A DNA stretch of 32,000 nt, from positions 3,451 to 35,450 of the forward strand of contig CAWAKW010000015.1 of the NCBI GenBank assembly GCA_963782735.1. The letters run 5' to 3'. Positions 25,205 to 32,000 of the stretch are shown piece after piece. The stretch's first letter is position 1. Each line of letters begins with the position of its first letter. The notes below the pieces were generated by a model. The model saw only the letters and a program-made list of their open reading frames with translations, was not told where the DNA came from and made no database searches. The translations under genes were made by a program, and so were the position numbers. This stretch comes from Nitrospirota bacterium. GTDB lineage: Bacteria > Nitrospirota > Nitrospiria > Nitrospirales > Nitrospiraceae.

Positions 25205-25825
25205 ATGTTCCAAACCGTCGCACTGAGCGGCAGTCGCGGAGAACGACAGCTGTTCTCCGGCGTCAGCGTGACGGTCAAGCCAGGAACGCTATTGGCTGTG
25301 ACCGGTGAAAACGGCAGTGGGAAGACCAGCTTCCTCCGCATGCTGTGCGGCCTGTTATCTCCTGATGGAGGTACGATCCTTTGGCAGGGGAAAGACATCC
25401 GCCAACTCAAGGAACTCTATAGCGCCCAGCTTACCTATGTAGGGCATCTCAATGGAATTAAGGACGAACTAACCCCGGTCGAAAACCTCAAGGTCTCCGC
25501 TTCCCTGGCCGGCGATAAAAACTCCGGCGCAGTCGTGCAACAGGCATTGGAGGCCGTCGGTCTTGAGCCACGAGTTCATCGTCTGTCGACGAGGGTGCTG
25601 TCGCAAGGACAAAAACGCCGCGTGGCATTGGCTCGTCTCTGGCTTTCCACCCGTCCGTTATGGCTCTTGGATGAGCCGTTCGCTTCACTCGATACTGCAG
25701 CCACCAATTACTTAACCCAACGCTTGCAAGCGCATCTGAGTCATGGCGGCATGGTGGTCGTCGCCACGCACCAGGATATCGCTCTCCCAAGTGATTCCAT
25801 CCAGCACCTGAGGCTGACTCGATGA
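25205..25825 (+). CDS. ccmA: Haem exporter ATP-binding protein CcmA
   Basis: 206 aa. Walker A GENGSGKTS, signature LSQGQKRRVALA, Walker B LWLLDEP. The stop overlaps the ccmB start (ATGA). Confidence 0.88.
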   Translation: MFQTVALSGSRGERQLFSGVSVTVKPGTLLAVTGENGSGKTSFLRMLCGLLSPDGGTILWQGKDIRQLKELYSAQLTYVGHLNGIKDELTPVENLKVSASLAGDKNSGAVVQQALEAVGLEPRVHRLSTRVLSQGQKRRVALARLWLSTRPLWLLDEPFASLDTAATNYLTQRLQAHLSHGGMVVVATHQDIALPSDSIQHLRLTR

Positions 25826-26505
25826 GCCAGCCCAGCATGAGTGCGGCGTTGCGCGGAGTTGTCCGGCGGGATTTTCTTCTGGCCATGCGGCACCGTTCGG
25901 ATGTGGCGATGTCGGTCTTCTTCGTCGTCATCGTCGCGAGCCTCTTCCCTTTGGGAGTTGGGCCGGAGCAGGCGGTGTTGAGGATGATCGCCTCCGGTGT
26001 GCTCTGGGTCACGGCCCTGCTTGCGTGCCTGTTGTCACTGGGGCGCCTGTTCACCGCTGATTATCTCGATGGGGTGCTGGAACAGACGCTTTTGATACCT
26101 CAGCCTCTGGCTGTCCTGGTCGTTGGCAAGGTATTCGCACATTGGGTAATTTCCGGTTTGCCAGTCGTTCTGCTCTCGCCTCTCCTCGGTTTGCAGTTCG
26201 GCCTGAGTGGGGACTCGCTGGTGGTGTTGACGTTATCGCTCTTGCTTGGTACGCCGACGTTGAGTATGATTGGAGCCATCGGTGCTGCGCTGACTCTTGG
26301 GTTGCGGGGGAGCGGTTTACTCGTTGCCCTCCTAGTGCTTCCTCTCTTTATTCCGGTACTGATCTTTGGGGCTGGCGCCGTTACGAATAGTTTGGCCGGA
26401 ATCGGCAGCGAAGCGAATCTGTCGTTACTTGGAGCCTGTTTCATGCTGTCACTCGTTTTTGCGCCCTGGGCCACGGCTGTTGCATTACGCATTGCGTTGG
26501 AATAA
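25822..26505 (+). CDS. ccmB: Haem exporter membrane protein CcmB
   Basis: 227 aa, six hydrophobic segments. It sits between ccmA and ccmC. FLLAMRHRSDV...LFPLGVGPE is typical of CcmB. Confidence 0.85.
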   Translation: MSQPSMSAALRGVVRRDFLLAMRHRSDVAMSVFFVVIVASLFPLGVGPEQAVLRMIASGVLWVTALLACLLSLGRLFTADYLDGVLEQTLLIPQPLAVLVVGKVFAHWVISGLPVVLLSPLLGLQFGLSGDSLVVLTLSLLLGTPTLSMIGAIGAALTLGLRGSGLLVALLVLPLFIPVLIFGAGAVTNSLAGIGSEANLSLLGACFMLSLVFAPWATAVALRIALE

Positions 26506-26516
26506 GACAATTACGG

Positions 26517-27278
26517 ATGAGCGCCACTGGCATTAACTGGTTCAAGTATTCCTCGCCGCAGGCCTTTCACCCTTTGGCCGGGCGGCTGATTCCGTGGTTC
26601 GCCGCCGCGGCGCTCGGTTTGAGTGGTGTCGGCCTGTATATGGGTTTTTTCGTGGCGCCGACCGACGCGACACAAGGTGATGCGTATCGCATTATCTTCG
26701 TCCATGTGCCTGCCGCCTGGATGTCCATGTTCCTCTACGTCATGATGGCCGTGTGGGCCGGGATCGGACTGGGATTGAATGCACGCCCGTCGTTCATGAT
26801 GGCGCAAGCCATCGCCCCCACCGGGGCGCTGTTTACGTTTTTGGCGCTGCTCACCGGGTCGATGTGGGGAAAACCGACCTGGGGGGCCTGGTGGGTGTGG
26901 GATGCCCGGCTGACGTCGGAGCTGATTCTGCTGTTTCAATATATTGGGATCATCTTGCTTCGGTCGTCGATTGACGATCTACGCCGCGCTGATCGCGCGA
27001 GCGCCGTTTTGGCGCTGGTCGGGGTGATCAATGTGCCGATCATCTATTTTTCCGTGAAGTGGTGGAACACGCTGCATCAAGGCGCCTCTGTCAGCATCAC
27101 CGCGGCGCCGAGCATGGCCGGGAGCATGGTGACGGCCATGCTCGTGATGACGCTCGCGTTTTGGATGTACAGCTTCGCTGTGACGCTGGCCCGCATGCGG
27201 TGCGTGATTGTCGAGCGGGAGCGGCAACCTTCGTGGGGCAAGCCGGCCGCGATCCCGGACATCGCGGAGGCGCGCTGA
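26517..27278 (+). CDS. ccmC: Haem handling protein CcmC
   Basis: 253 aa. Trp-rich motif WGKPTWGAWWVWDARLTS; conserved His in FVHVPAAW. Confidence 0.9.
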   Translation: MSATGINWFKYSSPQAFHPLAGRLIPWFAAAALGLSGVGLYMGFFVAPTDATQGDAYRIIFVHVPAAWMSMFLYVMMAVWAGIGLGLNARPSFMMAQAIAPTGALFTFLALLTGSMWGKPTWGAWWVWDARLTSELILLFQYIGIILLRSSIDDLRRADRASAVLALVGVINVPIIYFSVKWWNTLHQGASVSITAAPSMAGSMVTAMLVMTLAFWMYSFAVTLARMRCVIVERERQPSWGKPAAIPDIAEAR

Positions 27279-27433
27279 TGCAGTGGGGGAGTCTGGCAGA
27301 GTTTGTCGCGATGGGCGGGTACGGCCTCTACGTGTGGGTCTCATTCGGGGCCACGGCCCTGTGTATGGGGGGAGAAGTCCTCGCGGTGTGGCGGCGGTCT
27401 GTCGCCGCAGCGGCGGGTCGTGACGAGTTGTAG
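27278..27433 (+). CDS. ccmD: CcmD small membrane protein
   Basis: Below the track size as a separate ORF. ATG at 27278 overlaps the ccmC TGA (TGATG). MQWGSLAEFVAMGGYGLYVWVSFGATALCMGGEVLAVWRR is a single TM helix, with typical CcmD size and position. Confidence 0.75.
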   Translation: MQWGSLAEFVAMGGYGLYVWVSFGATALCMGGEVLAVWRRSVAAAAGRDEL

Positions 27434-27448
27434 GAGGAAACGGAGACG

Positions 27449-27916
27449 ATGACACCTCGACGGAAACGGTTTGTTCTCATCGGGCTGGGCCTGGTCGCTT
27501 TGGCTGTGGCGTCGGCTCTCGTGTTGAATGCGTTCCAAAGCAATCTCGTGTTCTTCTATACGCCGACGCAAGCCGCCAGCGGGGATGTCCCCCAGGGGCG
27601 CAGCTTCCGTATCGGCGGGATGGTCGAAGCGGGAAGTCTCACCCGAGAAGGGGATGGACTGACCGTGCATTTTGTTGTGACCGATATGGCGAAGCGTGTG
27701 CCCGTGACGTTCAAAGGGATCCTCCCGGACCTCTTCAAGGAAGGGAAGGGAGTAGTGGCTCAGGGTCAACTCGCTGCCAATGGGGCATTCCTGGCAAGTG
27801 AAGTGCTGGCGAAGCACGATGAAAACTATATGCCACCGGAAGCTGCGGACGCGCTTGCCAAGGCCAAGACCGTAGGGGCGCAGAGCAGCGGCACCCTGGT
27901 CGTCAATCCACGTTAG
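27449..27916 (+). CDS. ccmE: Haem chaperone CcmE
   Basis: 155 aa. SD ggagga. N-terminal anchor, FRIGGMV, and haem-binding [12 protein letters not shown]. Confidence 0.9.
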   Translation: MTPRRKRFVLIGLGLVALAVASALVLNAFQSNLVFFYTPTQAASGDVPQGRSFRIGGMVEAGSLTREGDGLTVHFVVTDMAKRVPVTFKGILPDLFKEGKGVVAQGQLAANGAFLASEVLAKHDENYMPPEAADALAKAKTVGAQSSGTLVVNPR

Positions 27917-27924
27917 GAGCCTAC

Positions 27925-29916
27925 ATGATTCCAGAAATTGGTCATTACGCCTTAATTCTCGCGCTCTGTGTGGCGGTGGTGCAGGGATGTCTGCCTATCT
28001 ATGGCGCCGCGGTGGGGAACTCCTCGCTGATGGCCGTCGCGAAACCGGCGGCACGCGGGCAATTCCTCCTTGTTCTACTGGCTTTTTGTTGTCTGGGGTA
28101 TGCTTTTGCGGAGAAAGACTTCTCCGTGCTCTACGTCGCGGCCACGTCAAACTCGCAACTCCCGTTGCATTATCGCCTTGCAGCCATCTGGGGCGCGCAT
28201 GAGGGCTCGTTGCTTCTCTGGATGTTCATCCTCAGCATCTGGATGGTCGCCGTCTCCTTCTTCTCCACCCGTCTGCCGGAGGCGATGCTCGCGCGCATCT
28301 TGGGCGTCATGGGCCTCGTCAGTGTGGGATTTCTTTTATTCATGTTGACCGTCTCCAATCCGTTTGAGCGGTTGATCCCGGCGGCTCTCGATGGGCGCGA
28401 TTTGAATCCGCTGCTGCAGGACCCAGGCATGGTAATCCACCCGCCGATGCTTTACATGGGATACGTGGGGTTCTCCGTGGCGTTTTCCTTTGCGATCGCC
28501 GCGCTCTTGGGGGGCACGTTGGACGCGGCTTGGGCGCGCTGGTCTCGCCCCTGGACCACAGTCGCCTGGTGTTTTATGACCGTGGGGGTTGCGATGGGGA
28601 GCGGCTGGGCTTATTACGAGCTGGGCTGGGGTGGCTGGTGGTTTTGGGATCCAGTTGAAAATGCTTCCTTCATGCCCTGGCTGGCCGGCACCGCCTTGAT
28701 GCATTCGCTGGCGGTTACCGATAAACGGGGCGGGTTCAAAGCCTGGAGTGTGTTGCTCGCCATTATGGCGTTCTCGCTCAGTTTGCTCGGGACCTTCTTA
28801 GTCCGCTCTGGAGTCTTGACTTCAGTGCATGCATTTGCCACCGATCCAAAGCGTGGCCTATTTATTCTCATATTCCTGGCAGTGGTGATCGGCGGTTCTC
28901 TGGTTCTGTACGCCTGGCGGGCGCCCCGCGTGGGTTTGGGCGGGAGCTTCGCCCTGATCTCGCGTGAAGGAATGTTGCTGGCGAACAATGTGTTGTTGGT
29001 TGCGGCCTTGGGATCGGTGCTTTTGGGTACGTTGTATCCCTTGTTCTTGGACGCGCTGGATCTCGGAAAAATCTCGGTCGGTCCTCCGTACTTCGACACA
29101 GTCTTTCTTCCCCTGATGACTCCCGCCATATTTTTGATGGGGATCGGGCCGCTGGCTCAATGGAAGCAGGCGAGCCTGCCGGCCTTGGCCATCCGCCTGC
29201 GCTGGGCCTTCGGCGTCAGCCTGGCGACTGCCCTGGCGGTGCCGTGGCTCATGGGCCAATGGACGCCGCTGATCAGTCTGGGACTGCTGCTGGCCTTCTG
29301 GATTCTGGCGACGATCCTGGTGGATCTGCGGGAGCGGCTGCTCCAGGCCGAGGGCGGCGGCGTCGGGGGCCGCCTGGCCGCGCTGCCCCGCGCCTATTGG
29401 GGCATGGTACTGGCCCACTGCGGCGTGGCCCTGTTCATCGTCGGCGTGACCATGGTGAAGGGTTTCGAAGTGGAGCAGGACGTGCGGATGAACGTCGGTG
29501 AGACTGCCACGCTCGGCGGCTACACGTTCCGTTTTGACGGGACACAACAGGTAAATGGCCCGAACTATGTCGCGGCGCGGGGAACGTTTCATGTGAGCCA
29601 GGATGGCCGAGAGGTGACGGTGATGTATCCCGAAAAGCGACGGTACTTCGTGCAGAACCAGACGATGACCGAAGCGGCGATTGCACCGGGGTTATTGCGC
29701 GATCTGTACGTGTCATTGGGCGAGCCGATCGAGGGCGGAGCCTGGAGCGTGCGGCTCTATCACAAGCCCTTTATAGATTGGATCTGGGGAGGCTGTTTGG
29801 TCATGGCTTTGGGTGGCGTCCTGGCCGTCAGTGATCGGCGCTATCGGCTGGCGTGGCGGCGAAAAGAGGCCGCGGTGCCGGCGGCGACGCAGATGGCGCG
29901 CACGACCGTCTCATGA
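27925..29916 (+). CDS. ccmF: Cytochrome c haem lyase subunit CcmF
   Basis: 663 aa. Trp-rich motif WGGWWFWDPVENASFMPW; polytopic membrane protein. Confidence 0.92.
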   Translation: MIPEIGHYALILALCVAVVQGCLPIYGAAVGNSSLMAVAKPAARGQFLLVLLAFCCLGYAFAEKDFSVLYVAATSNSQLPLHYRLAAIWGAHEGSLLLWMFILSIWMVAVSFFSTRLPEAMLARILGVMGLVSVGFLLFMLTVSNPFERLIPAALDGRDLNPLLQDPGMVIHPPMLYMGYVGFSVAFSFAIAALLGGTLDAAWARWSRPWTTVAWCFMTVGVAMGSGWAYYELGWGGWWFWDPVENASFMPWLAGTALMHSLAVTDKRGGFKAWSVLLAIMAFSLSLLGTFLVRSGVLTSVHAFATDPKRGLFILIFLAVVIGGSLVLYAWRAPRVGLGGSFALISREGMLLANNVLLVAALGSVLLGTLYPLFLDALDLGKISVGPPYFDTVFLPLMTPAIFLMGIGPLAQWKQASLPALAIRLRWAFGVSLATALAVPWLMGQWTPLISLGLLLAFWILATILVDLRERLLQAEGGGVGGRLAALPRAYWGMVLAHCGVALFIVGVTMVKGFEVEQDVRMNVGETATLGGYTFRFDGTQQVNGPNYVAARGTFHVSQDGREVTVMYPEKRRYFVQNQTMTEAAIAPGLLRDLYVSLGEPIEGGAWSVRLYHKPFIDWIWGGCLVMALGGVLAVSDRRYRLAWRRKEAAVPAATQMARTTVS

Positions 29917-30440
29917 ACCGGTTTCTCATCCCGTTTGGGCTCTTCGTCGTCGTGGTCGGTTTTCTTGCCGTCGGACTGACGCTCAACCCGCGTGAATTGC
30001 CGTCTCCCTTAGTCGGGAAGGCGGCGCCTGAGTTTTCCCTGCCGCAGCTCCACGATTCCGGAAAAGTGATTTCGTCGAACGAGCTTAAGGGCAAGGTCTG
30101 GCTGCTCAACTTCTGGGCATCCTGGTGCGGGGGCTGTAAGGACGAGCACCCTGTGCTCATCCACCTCGCACAATCCGGAGCGGTGCCCATCTATGGCATG
30201 GACTATAAGGATCAACGGAGCGAGGCCCTGGCGTGGTTGAAGGAGTGGGGCAATCCCTATCAGATCGTTGCCGTAGATGAGCCGGGGCGTGTCGGCATTA
30301 ATTACGGGGTCTACGGTGTACCGGAAACCTACGTGATCGATAAGCAGGGGGTCATCCGCTACAAGCAGATTGGCCCGCTGCGCGAGGACATCTTGGAGAA
30401 AAAGATTTTGCCCCTGGTCAGGGAGTTACAGAACCAATGA
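29913..30440 (+). CDS. ccmG: Thiol:disulfide oxidoreductase CcmG/DsbE
   Basis: The track ORF starts at 29853. ATG at 29913 (MNRFLIPFGLFVVVVGFL) overlaps the ccmF stop (ATGA). Active site WASWCGGC; GVYGVPETYVID. Confidence 0.88.
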   Translation: MNRFLIPFGLFVVVVGFLAVGLTLNPRELPSPLVGKAAPEFSLPQLHDSGKVISSNELKGKVWLLNFWASWCGGCKDEHPVLIHLAQSGAVPIYGMDYKDQRSEALAWLKEWGNPYQIVAVDEPGRVGINYGVYGVPETYVIDKQGVIRYKQIGPLREDILEKKILPLVRELQNQ

Positions 30441-30898
30441 GATGGCTGTGGGTGCTCATGCTGCTGCTCCCCAGTCTCGCTACGGCGTACGAGGCCCAGC
30501 CGCTTGCTGCGAACCCGCAGGCTGAGGCGCGTTTGAAAGCCCTCGCCGTCGAGTTGCGCTGCCTGGTCTGTCAGAATCAGACGCTGGCGGACTCGAATGC
30601 ACCATTGGCCGAGGACTTGCGTCGAGAAGTGAGGGAAATGATCGCAAAAGATATGAGCGACAAGGAGATTATCGATTTTCTCGTCACTCGATACGGAGAC
30701 TTCGTCTTATACCGACCGCCCTGGAAGCTCACGACTACGTTGCTCTGGCTGGGGCCGTTTCTCTTATTGGGAGTTGGCGCAACGGGATTAGTGTTTGCGC
30801 TACGCAGGAGACAGAAAAAGGTTACCGACGTGACATTGTCGGAAGCTGAGCATAACCGTGTCGCAAAACTGCTTTCCGAAGGAGTTCATCGCCCTTGA
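30437..30898 (+). CDS. ccmH: Cytochrome c maturation protein CcmH
   Basis: 153 aa. LRCLVCQNQTLADSNAPLAEDLR motif and a C-terminal TM. The start overlaps the ccmG stop (ATGA). Confidence 0.88.
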   Translation: MRWLWVLMLLLPSLATAYEAQPLAANPQAEARLKALAVELRCLVCQNQTLADSNAPLAEDLRREVREMIAKDMSDKEIIDFLVTRYGDFVLYRPPWKLTTTLLWLGPFLLLGVGATGLVFALRRRQKKVTDVTLSEAEHNRVAKLLSEGVHRP

Positions 30899-32000
30899 CC
30901 ATCATATTTTGGCTGATCGCATCGAGCATGACCCTTCTCATCCTCGGTCTCCTGCTGTGGCCACTGCTGAAACGCACAGTCGCCGTAACGGGAGAGCAGG
31001 AAAAGACGTTGGCTATTTTCCGGCAGCAGTTTGCAGAATTGGGGCAAGATCGCGCCAACGGTGTGCTCACTGACGAATTGTATGAGCAGGCGCGACGTGA
31101 GCTTGAACGCCGTTTGCTGGAGGAAACAGGCACCACGGAGACGACTCCCACAAGGGCACCACGAGAAGTAAGTAGCAGGCCGGTTGCGATTGCACTGGCC
31201 ATCATCGTGCCGGCTGTCAGTGGGTTGCTCTATTGGGAATTGGGGAATCCACTTGCCATGACGCAGCCAACCGCGGCTTCTTTGTCTGCGCAAGGGGGGC
31301 CAGAAGGTGCGAGTCCATTTTCTGACGGACTTGGGCCACTGATCGAGCGACTCAAGCAGAAAATGCAGCAGAATCCGAATGATGGCGAGGGATGGGCATT
31401 GCTCGCACGTTCGTACATGGGAATGGGGCGTTACGCCGAAGCCGCACTGGCATATGAGAATGCCACAAAACTAATTCCTGATGATGCCCAGTTATTCGCC
31501 GATTATGCCGATGCCATGGGGGTCCTCCATGGTCGTAAGTTGGAGGGAAAGCCTGAGGCCTTGATTCAACAGGCGCTGAAGATCGATCCACGTAATGTGA
31601 AGGCGCTGATGTTGGAAGGGACTGTGGCGTTCAACCGAAAAAACTTTGCTCGTGCGGCGAAGGACTGGGAGCAAGCTCGTGCCAACCTTCCTGCGGACGT
31701 AGATCCGGAGATGACACAGCAACTGACGGCTGCTATAGAAGAGGCTCGGAGCCAACTCGGTGGTGGCCAAAGCATGATGTCTGCGCTTACGGAACCTGCG
31801 GCGCCGGCTCAGCCAACCGGGCAGCCGCGCGTAATCAAGGGTACGGTGGCGATGGCGCCCAGCTTGGCCGGCAAGGGATCTCCGACGGACACATTGTTTG
31901 TATTTGCACGCGAAATGAATGGCCCACCCATGCCGGTGTCGATCGTACGGGCGACGAGGAAAGATCTCCCGTTTACGTTTCAGCTCGATGACTCGACCAG
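30895..32000 (+). CDS. ccmI: TPR-containing cytochrome c maturation protein CcmI/CycH (3' end beyond window)
   Basis: Open at the window edge, so absent from the track. My translation from TTG 30895 (overlapping the ccmH TGA): (M)TIIFWLIASSMTLLILGLLLWPLLKR...QQFAELGQDRANGVLTDELYEQARRELERRLLEE...second TM...TPR region NDGEGWALLARSYMGMGRYAEAALAYENATKLIPDDAQLFADYADA...KALMLEGTVAFNRKNFARAAKDWEQA...VIKGTVAMAP...LFVFAREMNGPPMPVSIVRATRKDLPFTFQLDDST. The start codon is uncertain. Confidence 0.75.
   Translation, partial: MTIIFWLIASSMTLLILGLLLWPLLKRTVAVTGEQEKTLAIFRQQFAELGQDRANGVLTDELYEQARRELERRLLEETGTTETTPTRAPREVSSRPVAIALAIIVPAVSGLLYWELGNPLAMTQPTAASLSAQGGPEGASPFSDGLGPLIERLKQKMQQNPNDGEGWALLARSYMGMGRYAEAALAYENATKLIPDDAQLFADYADAMGVLHGRKLEGKPEALIQQALKIDPRNVKALMLEGTVAFNRKNFARAAKDWEQARANLPADVDPEMTQQLTAAIEEARSQLGGGQSMMSALTEPAAPAQPTGQPRVIKGTVAMAPSLAGKGSPTDTLFVFAREMNGPPMPVSIVRATRKDLPFTFQLDDST

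Noticed and set aside
1-32000. CRISPR arrays, tRNA/rRNA genes, and phage or defence-system genes.
   Set aside because: No regularly spaced direct repeats, no cloverleaf-like or rRNA-like segments, and no nuclease/helicase/methylase-type ORFs were seen on either strand.

Overview
GC-rich bacterial chromosomal window dominated by an ammonia-oxidation gene island. Left third (1-9.4 kb): a coupled histidine kinase/response regulator pair, malQ, tkt, and a minus-strand set of nirK, a signal-peptide-bearing truncated haemoglobin and a small exported HMA-like protein. Middle (9.9-15.2 kb): a block of decayed genes. These are a SulP transporter with at least 3 lesions, a CHASE3-PAS histidine kinase with an in-frame TGA plus a frameshift, and an NtrC-type regulator remnant with a large internal deletion. 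Right (15.4-32 kb), minus strand: amoE-like, two amoD-like paralogs, copC, a copD-cytochrome c fusion, an intact IS1595-family element with perfect 19-bp inverted repeats, then amoC-amoA-amoB. amoB is split by a 1-nt frameshift. Divergent from this is a complete, translationally coupled System I cytochrome c maturation operon, ccmABCDEFGHI, which runs off the window end. No rRNA, tRNA or CRISPR array was seen. The main point of interest is the co-localisation of AMO, AmoD/E, CopCD and Ccm. As far as I recall, this is the layout of the horizontally acquired ammonia-oxidation module of complete-nitrifying (comammox) Nitrospira rather than of classical betaproteobacterial ammonia oxidisers; taxonomy cannot be proven from this window. 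Sequence-level oddities: the amoB frameshift, a tandem duplication of the amoA ribosome-binding/start region that creates an overlapping 13-codon uORF starting MFRT, an IS about 50 bp upstream of the putative amoC promoter, and clustering of all detectable gene lesions in 9.86-16.01 kb.
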